DNA of 64,000 bases from an uncultured Klebsiella sp. (GCA_964591495.1 CAZQEW010000002.1:37-64036), one strand, 5' to 3'. Positions 44,931 to 54,793 are shown, counted from the first letter of the stretch. The notes: a model not told the origin generated them from the sequence alone. Program-made: numbers and translations.

Positions 44931-46898
44931 TCAGGGCTTATCGAAGTCCCACCGCTGGGGTTTGCCGTTAGCGGGTTTGAGTTCGACCCAGTCGAGAGCA
45001 ACGGGGCCCGCTTGCACGGGGAGATAAAGGCGCATCACGCCAAGTGGGCCGGTGGTTGGCACGCTCACGGAGAGTTCGCGCCAATCACCCGACGGGAGAT
45101 TGAAGGCGGCGGATTGCGCATTCGCCGTGTCGCCTGCGCCGCCGGGGAGCCACTCGACTTTGCCCGCGCCGCCCGTTGCGGAACGCGCGCGGAACTTCAG
45201 CGTGGCCGGACCGGTGAGCTTGCCCATGCCGTGGCCGAGGAACGCGCCTGCCTTGCCGGTCACGGTCAAGACGCCGTCTTTCACCACGGCTTCACACTGG
45301 CGCGCTTTCCAGCCGTCGAGCGGGTCGGCGGCGTTGGCGTTGGCGGGCGCAGGCGCGGCGGCGGCGACTTTGTAAGCGAGATTCGGGCGCGGGTAGAGCG
45401 CGCCGGTGTCCTTGAGGAAGCCATCAATGAGCACGTCGAGTTCTTTCACCTTCGCGGGCTGGGCGTCGGCGAGGTTTTTCGTTTCGCCCAAGTCGTCCTT
45501 CAGATTGAACAGCTCGCGGGGCGTGCCCGGCTCGAACCAGCGAATCAGCTTCCAATCCCCCGCGCGCACCCAGACGCCACCGCCGTTGCGGGCGTGCGGG
45601 AAGTAGTTGAAGAACGCGGCGCGGTCGAGCCGGCCCTCGCCGCGCAGCACGCGGGCGTAACTCACGCCATCGAACTTCTGCTCGGCCGGACGCGGGACGC
45701 CGGTGAGATCGAGCACGGTGGGATACAAATCAATGTGACCGACCACATCGCTGGCTACGCCGGGCTTGATGCGGTCGGCCCACACCCACATGAGCGGGAC
45801 GCGCGTGCCGCCTTCGTAGAGCGTGCCCTTGCCGTCGCGGAGCGGGTCGTTGTTCGTGGGCGGGAGGTCGCCGGCCCATTTGCGCCAGTCGGCGAGCATG
45901 GGGGATTGGGACTTCTCAGCCTTCGCAGTCTTCCCAGTGTCGGGGACGTTGCTGTGCGTGTTGCCGCCGTTGTCGGAGTTGAAGATGACGATGGTGTCGT
46001 CGGCGAGTTTGAGGCGGTCGAGCGCGTCGAGGATGCGGCCGAAGCTCTCGTCCACGCTGCGGAGCATGGAGGCCATGATGGGGTTGCCCTGCTTGCCGCG
46101 CGGGTCGGTCTTGCTGACGAACTGCTGCGTGTAGTTGGTCTTGTGACCCCACGGACCGTGGACGCCATATTGCCAAAGGTTGAGGAAGAATGGGCGGTCG
46201 CGGTTCGCCTCGATGAATTTCACGGCCTCATCCGCGAGGCGGTCCACGATGTATTCGCCGGGCGGGCCGTCGGTGATGGTGCCGACTTTCGATTGGCCGC
46301 GCGGTTCGCCGTCGCGCGCCACGCCGTAGGGTGAAAAGTAGTTGCCCGGCGGTCCGGGGTCGGGATGGCAGTGGAAGGCCACGTCGAAGCCCTGCTGTTC
46401 CGGCCAGTGCGGGCGCGTGAGGCCGAGGTGCCACTTGCCGATGTGCGCGGTGCGGTAGCCCGCCGCGCGCAACGCCTCGGCCAGCGTGAACTCCGACAGC
46501 TCTAGGTAGTTCTTGCTCTCCGGCGACAGCAGTGGGCGGTTCGCCGGCGCGGAGTCGGGCAGGAACTTAAACCCCGCCGGCTGCGGTGGCTGATGGCCCG
46601 TGGCGCTCGTGATGCCGTGCCTTGCGGAATACTTCCCCGTCAACAACGACGCGCGCGTGGGCGAGCAGAGCGGCTGCGCGTAGGCATCCGTGAACCGCAG
46701 CGCCCGCGCAGCGAAGCGGTCGATGTTCGGCGTGGCGTAAAACTTCGAGCCGTAAGCGCCGCAGTCCATCCAGCCCATGTCGTCCACGAGGAAGAAAATG
46801 ACGTTCGGCCGGCGTGCGGCGGCGGAGGCAGTGTTCAGTAAGCAGTTTTCAGTGTTCAGTGCGAACACGGCGAGCAGGGCGGCGAGCAGGTGCTTCAT
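44931..46898 (-). CDS. arylsulfatase-family sulfatase with C-terminal beta-sandwich domain
   Basis: Signal peptide; NVIFFLVDDMGWMD; CSPTRASLLTGK. Confidence 0.92.
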   Translation of the reverse strand: MKHLLAALLAVFALNTENCLLNTASAAARRPNVIFFLVDDMGWMDCGAYGSKFYATPNIDRFAARALRFTDAYAQPLCSPTRASLLTGKYSARHGITSATGHQPPQPAGFKFLPDSAPANRPLLSPESKNYLELSEFTLAEALRAAGYRTAHIGKWHLGLTRPHWPEQQGFDVAFHCHPDPGPPGNYFSPYGVARDGEPRGQSKVGTITDGPPGEYIVDRLADEAVKFIEANRDRPFFLNLWQYGVHGPWGHKTNYTQQFVSKTDPRGKQGNPIMASMLRSVDESFGRILDALDRLKLADDTIVIFNSDNGGNTHSNVPDTGKTAKAEKSQSPMLADWRKWAGDLPPTNNDPLRDGKGTLYEGGTRVPLMWVWADRIKPGVASDVVGHIDLYPTVLDLTGVPRPAEQKFDGVSYARVLRGEGRLDRAAFFNYFPHARNGGGVWVRAGDWKLIRWFEPGTPRELFNLKDDLGETKNLADAQPAKVKELDVLIDGFLKDTGALYPRPNLAYKVAAAAPAPANANAADPLDGWKARQCEAVVKDGVLTVTGKAGAFLGHGMGKLTGPATLKFRARSATGGAGKVEWLPGGAGDTANAQSAAFNLPSGDWRELSVSVPTTGPLGVMRLYLPVQAGPVALDWVELKPANGKPQRWDFDKP

Positions 46899-47055
46899 GC
46901 GGAGGCGCGAATCGTTTCATGCAGGGACGGATTTGCCAGCCCGGAGGTTGCCGACTGGAGCACGCGCGGATTTTTACTCGTAAGCCTTTGCATCTGGCGC
47001 AATAAATCGTCCTGCCGCACGTCAACTGCTGACTCGTAAGGCTAACTGTCATCGC

Positions 47056-49755
47056 ATGAAACTGAAGTCCCTCCTCGCTGCCGGCGCATTGCTCGCAGCC
47101 TCGCTCACGCATCTGCTCGCCGCCGTCGAGCTCAAGCCCGGTGAAAACGTCGCCGTCATTGGCAACGGCCTCGCCGACCGCATGCAGCACCACGGCTGGC
47201 TCGAAACGCTCGTCCACGCCAAGTTCCCCAAGCACAACCTCGTCTTCCGCAACCTCGCCGCCGCCGGTGACGAGGTCGCCGGTTTCACTGAGAAGCCGGA
47301 TGCGAAGTTCCGCATGCGCTCCGAGAACTTCGGCACGTCCGACGACTGGCTCAAGCGCGTGCAGGCCGATGTGGTCTGGGCGTTCTTCGGCTACAACGAG
47401 TCGTTCGCCGGCGACGCCGGCCTCGCGCAGTTCAAGACCGACCTCGAACGCGTCATCAAGCACACCACCAGCCAGAACTACAGCGGCAAGGGCAACGCGC
47501 GCCTCGTGCTGTTCTCGCCCATCGCCGCCGAGCCGAGCAGCGATCCGAATCGCCCGCCCGCGGCGCCACTCAATGCGAACCTGCAGAAATACACCGCCGC
47601 CATGGCCGAGGTGGCGAAGGAGCACAAGGTGCCGTTCATTGACCTTTTCGCGCCGTCCACCGAGCTGTTCGCCGCCGCCGCGAAGGCGAAGCAGTCGCTG
47701 ACCTTCAACACGATTCATCTCACCGAGGCCGGCGACAAAGCGCTCGCGCCGCAGGCGTTCCGCGCGCTGTTCGGCGAGACCGCGCCGGACGTGGCGAAGC
47801 TCGGCAAGCTCCGCGACGCCGTGCTGGACAAGAACCTCGAGTATCACCGCCGCTACCGCACCGTGGATGGCTACAATGTCTATGGCGGCCGTTCCGGGCT
47901 GGTCTTCGAGGCGGGCAAGGGCGGCTTCAAGCAGAACAACAAGGAACCCGAAGCGCCCGCGCTCTCGAATTACCAGACCATGCAGGACGAGATGAAGCAG
48001 CGCGACACGAAGACCGCCAACCGCGACAAGCGCATCTGGGCCGTCGCCAAGGGCGGCGACGAGAAGGTCACCGACGACAACCTCCCGCCGGTGCGCCTGC
48101 TCGCGTCGTCGAACAAGCCCGACATCAAGCCGTTCCTCAGCGGCGAGGAATCCATCAAGCACATGACCGCTGCGAAGGGCACGAAGATCACGCTCTTCGC
48201 TGATGAGAAGCAGTTCCCCGAGCTGGCCAGCCCGGTGCAGATGGCCTTCGACACGAAGGGCCGGCTGTGGGTCGCCGCGTGGCCGAGCTATCCCGAGCTG
48301 CGCCCGACGGACAAGGTCTTCGACAAGCTGCTCGTCTTCGAGGACACGAACGGCGACGGCAAGGCCGACAAATGCACCACCTTCCTCGACGGGCTGAACT
48401 GCCCGACTGGGTTCCAGTTCTACAAGGACGGCGTCATCGTCGTGCAGGCTCCGGACGTGTGGTTCGTGCGCGACACCAACGGCGACGGCAAGGCTGACTG
48501 GAAAGAGCGCGTCATCATGGGCCTTGATTCCGCTGACTCGCACCACACGGCGAACGCGATGAACTGGTCGCCCGGCGGCGAGAACTTCCTCAGCGACGGC
48601 GTCTTTCACCGCACGCAGATGGAGACGCCCTACGGCCCGCCCGTCCGCAACAACGACGGCTGCATCTACCGTTGGGAGCCGCTCACGCACAAGCTGGAGC
48701 GCTACATCCCCTACGGCTTCGCGAATCCGCACGGCAAAGTCTGGGACCGCTGGGGCAACGACATCATCACCGACGCGACGGGCAACGCGAATTACTTCGG
48801 CCCGGCCTTCAGCGGCATGATTGACGCGCCTGCCAAGCACGGGAACCTGAAGCAATTCTGGAACCGCCCTTCGCGCCCGTGCCCCGGCACCGGGATGATT
48901 TCCAGCCGCCATTTCCCCGAGGATTGGCAGGGCAATTTCCTCAACGCGAACGTCATCGGCTTCCAAGGCATCTTCCGCGTGAAAGTCAGCGAGGACGGCG
49001 CGGGCTTGAAGGGCGAGACGCTCGAAGACCTCGTGAAAGGCAACAACGACACCATCCCGAACTTCCGCCCCGCCGCCATGGACATCGCGCCCGACGGCTC
49101 GCTCTACTTCGTGGACTGGGCCAAGGAACTCATCGGCCACATGCAGCACCACATCCGCGACCCGCATCGCGACAAGACCCACGGTCGCATCTACCGCATG
49201 ACCTACGAAGGCCGCGAGTTGCTCAAGCCGGTGAAGATTCATGGCGAATCCATCGAGAAGCTGCTCGCCGCCCTCCAGACGCCCGAGGATGGCGTCCGCA
49301 CGCGCGCCAAGATTGAATTGAGCAAGCACGACTCCGCCAAGGTCATCGCCGCCACGAAGAAGTGGCTGGCCGGCTTGAGCAAGACCGACAAGGAATATGA
49401 GCACCACCGCCTCGAAGGGCTGTGGGTTCACCAGTGGCACAACGTCGTGGACGAAGCCCTGCTCAAGGACGTGCTCAAGTCCCCCGACCACCGCGCCCGT
49501 GCCGCGGCCACTCGCGTCCTTTGCTACTGGCGCGACCGCGTGAAAGACCCGCTCAAGCTCCTCGAAGTGCAGGCCAAGGACGCCCACCCGCGCGTGCGCC
49601 TCGAAGCCATCCGCGCGTGCAGCTTCTTCACCACCAGCGCCGCCGCCGAGGTCGCGCTCGGCGCGTTGGAGAAGGAAGCCGACCCGAACAAGCCGGATTA
49701 TTACATCAAGTATTGCCTCGACGAGACCTTGAAGCAGCTCGGCAAGTTCAAGTGA
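47056..49755 (+). CDS. SGNH-hydrolase / membrane-bound-dehydrogenase beta-propeller / HEAT-repeat protein (no heme motif)
   Basis: Signal peptide. VAVIGNGLADRM SGNH-like N terminus. ITLFADEKQFPELASPVQMAFDTKGRLWVA (TIGR02604-like dehydrogenase domain). C-terminal HEAT repeats (HPRVRLEAIRAC). No CxxCH anywhere in the 899 aa. Confidence 0.85.
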   Translation: MKLKSLLAAGALLAASLTHLLAAVELKPGENVAVIGNGLADRMQHHGWLETLVHAKFPKHNLVFRNLAAAGDEVAGFTEKPDAKFRMRSENFGTSDDWLKRVQADVVWAFFGYNESFAGDAGLAQFKTDLERVIKHTTSQNYSGKGNARLVLFSPIAAEPSSDPNRPPAAPLNANLQKYTAAMAEVAKEHKVPFIDLFAPSTELFAAAAKAKQSLTFNTIHLTEAGDKALAPQAFRALFGETAPDVAKLGKLRDAVLDKNLEYHRRYRTVDGYNVYGGRSGLVFEAGKGGFKQNNKEPEAPALSNYQTMQDEMKQRDTKTANRDKRIWAVAKGGDEKVTDDNLPPVRLLASSNKPDIKPFLSGEESIKHMTAAKGTKITLFADEKQFPELASPVQMAFDTKGRLWVAAWPSYPELRPTDKVFDKLLVFEDTNGDGKADKCTTFLDGLNCPTGFQFYKDGVIVVQAPDVWFVRDTNGDGKADWKERVIMGLDSADSHHTANAMNWSPGGENFLSDGVFHRTQMETPYGPPVRNNDGCIYRWEPLTHKLERYIPYGFANPHGKVWDRWGNDIITDATGNANYFGPAFSGMIDAPAKHGNLKQFWNRPSRPCPGTGMISSRHFPEDWQGNFLNANVIGFQGIFRVKVSEDGAGLKGETLEDLVKGNNDTIPNFRPAAMDIAPDGSLYFVDWAKELIGHMQHHIRDPHRDKTHGRIYRMTYEGRELLKPVKIHGESIEKLLAALQTPEDGVRTRAKIELSKHDSAKVIAATKKWLAGLSKTDKEYEHHRLEGLWVHQWHNVVDEALLKDVLKSPDHRARAAATRVLCYWRDRVKDPLKLLEVQAKDAHPRVRLEAIRACSFFTTSAAAEVALGALEKEADPNKPDYYIKYCLDETLKQLGKFK

Positions 49756-49778
49756 GCTGAGGCACAAACTCACACGCG

Positions 49779-49812
49779 CAGGCCGGCAGGCAACCGCCGG
49801 CCTGTATGCTTT
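49779..49812 (+). terminator. rho-independent terminator candidate
   Basis: 9-bp stem: caggccggc (49779-49787) pairs with gccggcctg (49796-49804). 8-nt loop, followed by tatgcttt. It lies 24 nt after the stop at 49755. Confidence 0.55.
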
Positions 49813-49886
49813 AAAGCCAGCACGTTAAGGCCGCTTGATTCTGCCCCCCAGCAGCTTCAGCCCAACTAAAACCAGCTAGATGGCAC

Positions 49887-49916
49887 TTGCCAATGCCCCG
49901 TCCCCCCCGCATAAAT
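49887..49916 (+). promoter_or_regulatory. sigma-70-like promoter candidate for the ferredoxin gene
   Basis: ttgcca (49887-49892), an 18-nt spacer, then ataaat (49911-49916). It lies 26 nt upstream of the ATG at 49942. Confidence 0.3.
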
Positions 49917-49941
49917 CTTGGGTCTCAAACAACGACACTTT

Positions 49942-50172
49942 ATGGCAGACATCGCTAACAAATACGAAAACAACGTCGGCGGAAAATACTACGTGGACAA
50001 CCAGTGCATTGACTGTGACCTGTGCCGCGAAACCGCCCCAGAAAACTTCACCCGCTTCGACGATGGCGGCTATTCCTACGTAAAGAAGCAGCCCGAGACG
50101 CCTGAAGAAGAAGCGCAATGCAAGGAAGCCAAGGAAGGCTGCCCGGTGGAAGCAATCGGCGACAACGGCTGA
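49942..50172 (+). CDS. small single-cluster ferredoxin
   Basis: 76 aa. CIDCDLC ... CP (C-x2-C-x2-C ... CP) iron-sulfur ligand pattern. Confidence 0.85.
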   Translation: MADIANKYENNVGGKYYVDNQCIDCDLCRETAPENFTRFDDGGYSYVKKQPETPEEEAQCKEAKEGCPVEAIGDNG

Positions 50173-50202
50173 TTCCCATTCCGATCAACCCATTACCACA
50201 AG

Positions 50203-50236
50203 AACCCGCCTGCGTAAGCCGGCGGGTTTTTAGTTT
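50203..50236 (+). terminator. rho-independent terminator
   Basis: aacccgcc (50203-50210) pairs with ggcgggtt (50221-50228) and runs into a tttttagtttt tract. It lies 30 nt after the ferredoxin stop. Confidence 0.7.
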
Positions 50237-50342
50237 TAGTGGCCCTGCCTCGGAACTGCGGAAAAACAAGCGGTCATCACGCCGACTGAAAGCAGGACTG
50301 AGGTAATTCCGGTAGGCTGGCCGCGACTTGGCTTGTCACCTT

Positions 50343-50819
50343 TTAGATCTTGCCCTTGGCCGCCGCCGCCTGGACCTCGCGATATGTGTGCAGGAACAAG
50401 TCGTTGTCACTGACAGTCTTTTGAATGATCGAACCGAGGCTCCCAAGGTCCGCCTTATTCACCACGGCATGGACGCTTTGCTGGAAGGCATGCATGGGAT
50501 TCAGCGTTTGGTGGCGCTCGCTGATGAGGATGACGACGGAGTGCCGACGACGGGCCATGGGCATCCACTGGAGGGAACGCAGCGTTGTGTTCTCCTCCGG
50601 AGCGCCGGCAGCGAAGAGCTCCTCAACCACGACGAGCTGGTAGTTCAGCGCGCCAAAGCGGCGACCGAAGTCTTCATGGTTACTGGCCACGTGAATTTTA
50701 TAGCCGCATTCCAGCACGACGGTTTGAACGTTTGCCAGAACCTCCAGGCTGCTTAACGCAAGCAACGCTGGTTTGTCCGACGGGCTGATAAACTCGTATT
50801 CAGCAAATGATTGGCTCAT
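50343..50819 (-). CDS. receiver-like (pseudo-receiver) single-domain protein
   Basis: The alternating beta/alpha pattern resembles the CheY fold. The acidic pocket positions read LLALSS (instead of DD) and VVVEE (instead of the phospho-acceptor D). Confidence 0.5.
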   Translation of the reverse strand: MSQSFAEYEFISPSDKPALLALSSLEVLANVQTVVLECGYKIHVASNHEDFGRRFGALNYQLVVVEELFAAGAPEENTTLRSLQWMPMARRRHSVVILISERHQTLNPMHAFQQSVHAVVNKADLGSLGSIIQKTVSDNDLFLHTYREVQAAAAKGKI

Positions 50820-50921
50820 GGGTTGGGGAGGTGGAAAGGAGTGCGGCTCGCTGAAGAAATTAGTCGCCGAATGAGACTCCCACCCGGCCTTTTGTGGTGA
50901 TACTCAAACAGAATTGCATGG

Positions 50922-52130
50922 TTACTTTAGTTTGAGCGTGAGCGCGGGCGGGGCGGCAGCGGGCGCGCCATGGGGGGCGGCATCTTTCTTCATGCCCAGG
51001 CTGGCCACGTTCGAAGTCACCTCGCCGCGCTTCTTCTTGATGTTGTCGATGCCGCGCGAGGTCGGACCGCGCTTGCTGCAATACTGGAGCGCCACTTCTT
51101 CGGTGATGAGGTTGTGCTCAAACGCCTCCATGCAGGCCTGATCGAAGGTCTTCCAACCAAAGGTGTAGCTGGCTTCAATGATCTCGTAGAAGGTCTTCCC
51201 CTCGCTTTCGCCCTGAAGGATGGACTCCTTGGTGCGAACGTTGTTGCCCATGATTTCGAGCAAGGCCTGACGGCCACCGCCAACCTTGGGGGCCAGCCGC
51301 TGGCTCACCACCCAGCGCAAAGTGTCCGCCAGACGCTCGCGGATCTGGTCCTGTTCGCTCAAATCAAAGAGACCAAGGATGCGGTTGATGGTCTGACCGC
51401 AATCAATCGTGTGCAGCGTGCTGACGACCAAGTGGCCCGTCTCGGCGGCGGAGAGGCCCAGCTCGATGGTTTCCAGATCCCGCATTTCGCCGACGAGAAT
51501 CACCTTGGGCGCCTGGCGCAGCGCGGCGCGCAGGCCGCTAGAAAACTTGTCGAAGTCCGTGCCCATCTCGCGCTGGTTGAACGTGGCCTTCTTCTGCGGA
51601 TGCACGAACTCGACGGGGTCCTCCAGCGTGACAATGTGGATAGACTTGTTCTCGTTGAAGTCGTTGAGGAGCGCTGCGAGCGTCGTGGACTTGCCGGAGC
51701 CGGTCGCGCCGGTGACGAGGACCAAGCCCGTCTTTTCTTTCGCGATCTCCTTGAAGACAGGCGGCAGTTTGAGCTGCTCCAGGGTGGGAATCTGGGTGTT
51801 CAGCTTACGGAGCACGCAGGAGTAGTTGCCGCGCTGGGAAAAGATGTTCACGCGGAAGCGCGCCTTCTGGCCGAGACCGTAGGAAGAGTCACACGAGCCG
51901 GTGCGGATCAAGTCCTCCGTGAGGCGGCGGCTGCCACCGATTAGGTTAAGGGCGATCTGCTCGGTCTGGAAGGGCGTGAGCCGGTCCACCGGCGGGTTTA
52001 TGGGCACGCCCACGAGCTGGCCGGAGGATTCAACCTGGAGCGGCTTATCCACCGTGATGTTGAGGTCGGACACGTCCTTGTTGGAGTCCAACATCGTGGT
52101 GAGAATATAATCGAGTTCGTTGGCGCGCAT
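50922..52130 (-). CDS. type IV pilus retraction ATPase, PilT/PilU family
   Basis: Walker A GATGSGKSTTLAAL, IVTLEDPVEFVH, Walker B/Asp box ILVGEMRD, and His box TLHT. It has a basic/Pro-rich C-terminal extension. Confidence 0.9.
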   Translation of the reverse strand: MRANELDYILTTMLDSNKDVSDLNITVDKPLQVESSGQLVGVPINPPVDRLTPFQTEQIALNLIGGSRRLTEDLIRTGSCDSSYGLGQKARFRVNIFSQRGNYSCVLRKLNTQIPTLEQLKLPPVFKEIAKEKTGLVLVTGATGSGKSTTLAALLNDFNENKSIHIVTLEDPVEFVHPQKKATFNQREMGTDFDKFSSGLRAALRQAPKVILVGEMRDLETIELGLSAAETGHLVVSTLHTIDCGQTINRILGLFDLSEQDQIRERLADTLRWVVSQRLAPKVGGGRQALLEIMGNNVRTKESILQGESEGKTFYEIIEASYTFGWKTFDQACMEAFEHNLITEEVALQYCSKRGPTSRGIDNIKKKRGEVTSNVASLGMKKDAAPHGAPAAAPPALTLKLK

Positions 52131-52146
52131 AAAAATAGAAGGTTAA

Positions 52147-52353
52147 TCAGCCGCTACGTTCCCGGAGAATTCCAGCAACCAGTCCCGCGACGAACATGGC
52201 AGCGACCAGAAAGGTGCGCAGCCCGCCGGCGGGCAGAAAGTAGTATAAAGCGAAAGCCACCGCGCCCGCCAACAGCATGGTCAACGCGAACCGCCAATGC
52301 TCGACCACGTTGACTAAGTCGATCAAGTCCAGCAGCCATTCCCAGAGGTGCAT
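52147..52353 (-). CDS. small two-helix membrane protein
   Basis: 68 aa with two hydrophobic helices. It is packed between the two pilT-family genes (gaps 16 and 21 nt). Confidence 0.45.
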   Translation of the reverse strand: MHLWEWLLDLIDLVNVVEHWRFALTMLLAGAVAFALYYFLPAGGLRTFLVAAMFVAGLVAGILRERSG

Positions 52354-52374
52354 GGTGAGAAAGGCGGACCATGG

Positions 52375-53487
52375 TTAATCCGCGTCGCCGTTGGACCGTG
52401 CCTCCTCCTGCTCTGCCGGAGTCAGGAAACCGAAGAACTTTTTCTTGTCGAGCGACTTGTCAAAAGCGTCCTTGGGACTGATGCGCTTCATGCGCAGGTG
52501 TTCCATGATGGAGTCGTCGAGCGGGCAGTTGCCGAGCTTCTTGCCGACCTGAATCATGCCGGGAATCTGGTGGGTTTTGCCTTCGCGCACCATGTTCGCA
52601 ACGGCGGTGGTGAAGACCAAGATCTCCAGCGCGGCCACGCGGCCGGGCTTGTCAATGCGCTTGAAGAGGTTCTGCGCCACCACGCCCTTGAGCGCTTCGG
52701 ACAGTGTTGCCCGAATCTTGTTCTGCTGGTCCGCCGGAAACACGTCGATGATGCGATCCACGGTCTTGGCTGCGCTGGGGGTGTGCAGCGTCCCAAAGAC
52801 CAAGTGGCCGGTGCTGGCTGCCGTAAGCGCAAGCTCAATGGTCTCCAAGTCGCGCATTTCGCCGACCAGAATGATGTCCGGGTCCTCGCGCAGGGCGCCC
52901 TTCAGCGCCGAGGCGAAGGACTTGGTGTGCATGCCCACCTCGCGGTGATTTACGAGGCAGCCTTTGCTTTCGTGGACGAATTCGATGGGGTCCTCAACGG
53001 TAAGGATATGGTCGTGGCGATTCTTGTTCGCGTAGTCAATCATGGCCGCCAGCGTGGTCGACTTGCCCGAGCCAGTGGGACCGGTAACCAGCACCAAGCC
53101 CTTGTGCATCATCGGAAATTTGCGCAGCACGGCGGGCAGCGGGGCGTCAAATTTCTCAAAGTCCTCGAAGGATAGCACCTTGCTGGGAATCTGGCGGAAC
53201 ACGGCGGAGCAGCCGTATTTTTGGTTGAAGAAGTTTGCACGGAAGCGGGCCTGCCCGGGGATTTCGTAGCCAAAGTCGACGTCCCCGGTTTCTTCGAACT
53301 GCTTCACTTTGATTTCCGGCGCGATCTCGTAGAGCATCGCCTTGAGCGCATCGCTTTCCAACGGCGGGTAATCAACGCGGCGCAACTCGCCGCTGATGCG
53401 CAAAATGGGAGGACTGCCCGAGGCCATGTGCAGGTCGGAGGCCTTTTGCTGCATCATCAGGTTGAAGAAGGCGTCGATCTTGGCCAT
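52375..53487 (-). CDS. pilT: twitching motility ATPase PilT
   Basis: Collinear with P. aeruginosa PilT: ASDLHM..G.PP..R, LVLVTGPTGSGKSTTLAAMIDY, ILTVEDPIEFVHESK, DPDIILVGEMRDLETI, GHLVFGTLHT. Confidence 0.95.
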   Translation of the reverse strand: MAKIDAFFNLMMQQKASDLHMASGSPPILRISGELRRVDYPPLESDALKAMLYEIAPEIKVKQFEETGDVDFGYEIPGQARFRANFFNQKYGCSAVFRQIPSKVLSFEDFEKFDAPLPAVLRKFPMMHKGLVLVTGPTGSGKSTTLAAMIDYANKNRHDHILTVEDPIEFVHESKGCLVNHREVGMHTKSFASALKGALREDPDIILVGEMRDLETIELALTAASTGHLVFGTLHTPSAAKTVDRIIDVFPADQQNKIRATLSEALKGVVAQNLFKRIDKPGRVAALEILVFTTAVANMVREGKTHQIPGMIQVGKKLGNCPLDDSIMEHLRMKRISPKDAFDKSLDKKKFFGFLTPAEQEEARSNGDAD

Positions 53488-53570
53488 AAGTGGGGTTCCT
53501 GTTTGTGTTTCGACGTGTCATAGCCAATCCGCCCGGCGACTGCAAGAATTCGCCAACACTCCATGCGATT

Positions 53571-54701
53571 TTGCGCGAGGAAATCGAGCGCGCGGGTCCG
53601 ATTTCCTGCGCGCGCTTCATGGAAGTGGCGCTTTACCACCCAGACTTGGGCTACTACGAGCGTGACCGCACCGCGGTGGGCCGCCGCGGCGATTTCTACA
53701 CCAGCGTGAGCGTGGGCACACTCTTCGGACAGTTGCTCGCGTTTCAGTTTGCCGAGTGGTTGGATGCATTCGGGGCGGAAAGCCAGCCTCATGAAAAATA
53801 TCAAATCCTCGAAGCCGGAGCGCACGATGGCCAACTCGCAGAGGACGTCCTGCTTTGGCTGCAAGCGCATCGGCCTGATTTGGTGAGTCGGACCGAGTAT
53901 TGGATTCTGGATCCGTCGGCACGCCGGCAAGAGTGGCAGCGGAGCCGCTTGAGCATGTTCGCCCCACGCGTGCGGTGGTTCGCCAACTGGGGCGAAGTCC
54001 AGGCCGCTGGCGGCGTGACTGGCATCATTTTTGCCAACGAACTGCTCGACTCCTTTCCCATCCACCGGCTGGCCTGGAGCGCAGCGGACCAGCAGTGGTT
54101 TGAGTGGGGCGTTCGGCATGCCGCCGAGCGCTTTGTCTGGACACGGCTGCCCGAGTTGACCGCCGCGGTTGCCGAGTTAAAGCGGCCCTCCGCTGCGCTG
54201 TCGACTCTCCCGGCGTCGTTGCGCGACAGCGGATGGGCAAATCTCGCAGCCGTGCTGCCGGATGGCTTCGTCCTTGAATGCAGCCCGTTTGGCCAACGCT
54301 GGTGGGAAATCGGCGCACACACCTTGCGTCGTGGAAAAATGCTCACCCTTGACTACGGCCACACTTCGGCCGAGGCCATCAATCCCACCAAGCCAGCTGG
54401 AACTCTTCGGGGCTATCGCGATCACCAAGTCGTGGACGACATTTTGGCAACACCGGGCGAAACGGACATCACCGCCCATGTGAACTTTGCAACCATCAAA
54501 CAGGCGGGCGAGCGGGCTGGGCTGACTACGGTGGAACTCACGGAGCAATCACGGTTCCTCTCGCGCATTGCACAGCGCACGATGCAGGAAACCGCCCGTT
54601 TCGGCGAATGGAATCACGAGCGCGCACGACAATTTCAAACGCTGGCCCATCCCGAGCACCTCGGACAGAGTTTTGCCGTTTTGCTTCAGACGCGCGATTG
54701 A
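53571..54701 (+). CDS. SAM-dependent methyltransferase, MidA/NDUFAF7 (DUF185) family
   Basis: FMEVALYHPDLGYY, GDFYTSVSVGTLFGQLLA and ILEAGAHDGQLA. The frame is open from 53490, but that is only 3 nt from the divergent pilT start. The TTG at 53571 is a guess for the start. Confidence 0.8.
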   Translation: MREEIERAGPISCARFMEVALYHPDLGYYERDRTAVGRRGDFYTSVSVGTLFGQLLAFQFAEWLDAFGAESQPHEKYQILEAGAHDGQLAEDVLLWLQAHRPDLVSRTEYWILDPSARRQEWQRSRLSMFAPRVRWFANWGEVQAAGGVTGIIFANELLDSFPIHRLAWSAADQQWFEWGVRHAAERFVWTRLPELTAAVAELKRPSAALSTLPASLRDSGWANLAAVLPDGFVLECSPFGQRWWEIGAHTLRRGKMLTLDYGHTSAEAINPTKPAGTLRGYRDHQVVDDILATPGETDITAHVNFATIKQAGERAGLTTVELTEQSRFLSRIAQRTMQETARFGEWNHERARQFQTLAHPEHLGQSFAVLLQTRD

Positions 54702-54793
54702 CTCGCTGAGCGATTTGTCTGCCCTAAAACGCTGTAAGACTTGCCCCCGCACTGGCGGTTTGCAATTCTTGCGCTAAGTTCAGCCTGATTCTG

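Noticed and set aside
46849-49773. 974-aa minus-strand ORF
   Set aside because: It is an exact antisense shadow of the 899-aa SGNH/dehydrogenase/HEAT gene. It has a typical high-GC artefact composition (G/A/R/V/E-rich) and no motifs.
49881-49890. sigma-54-like TGGCAC...TTGC upstream of the ferredoxin gene
   Set aside because: TGGCAC and TTGC are directly adjacent (tggcacttgc) instead of being separated by the required 5 nt.
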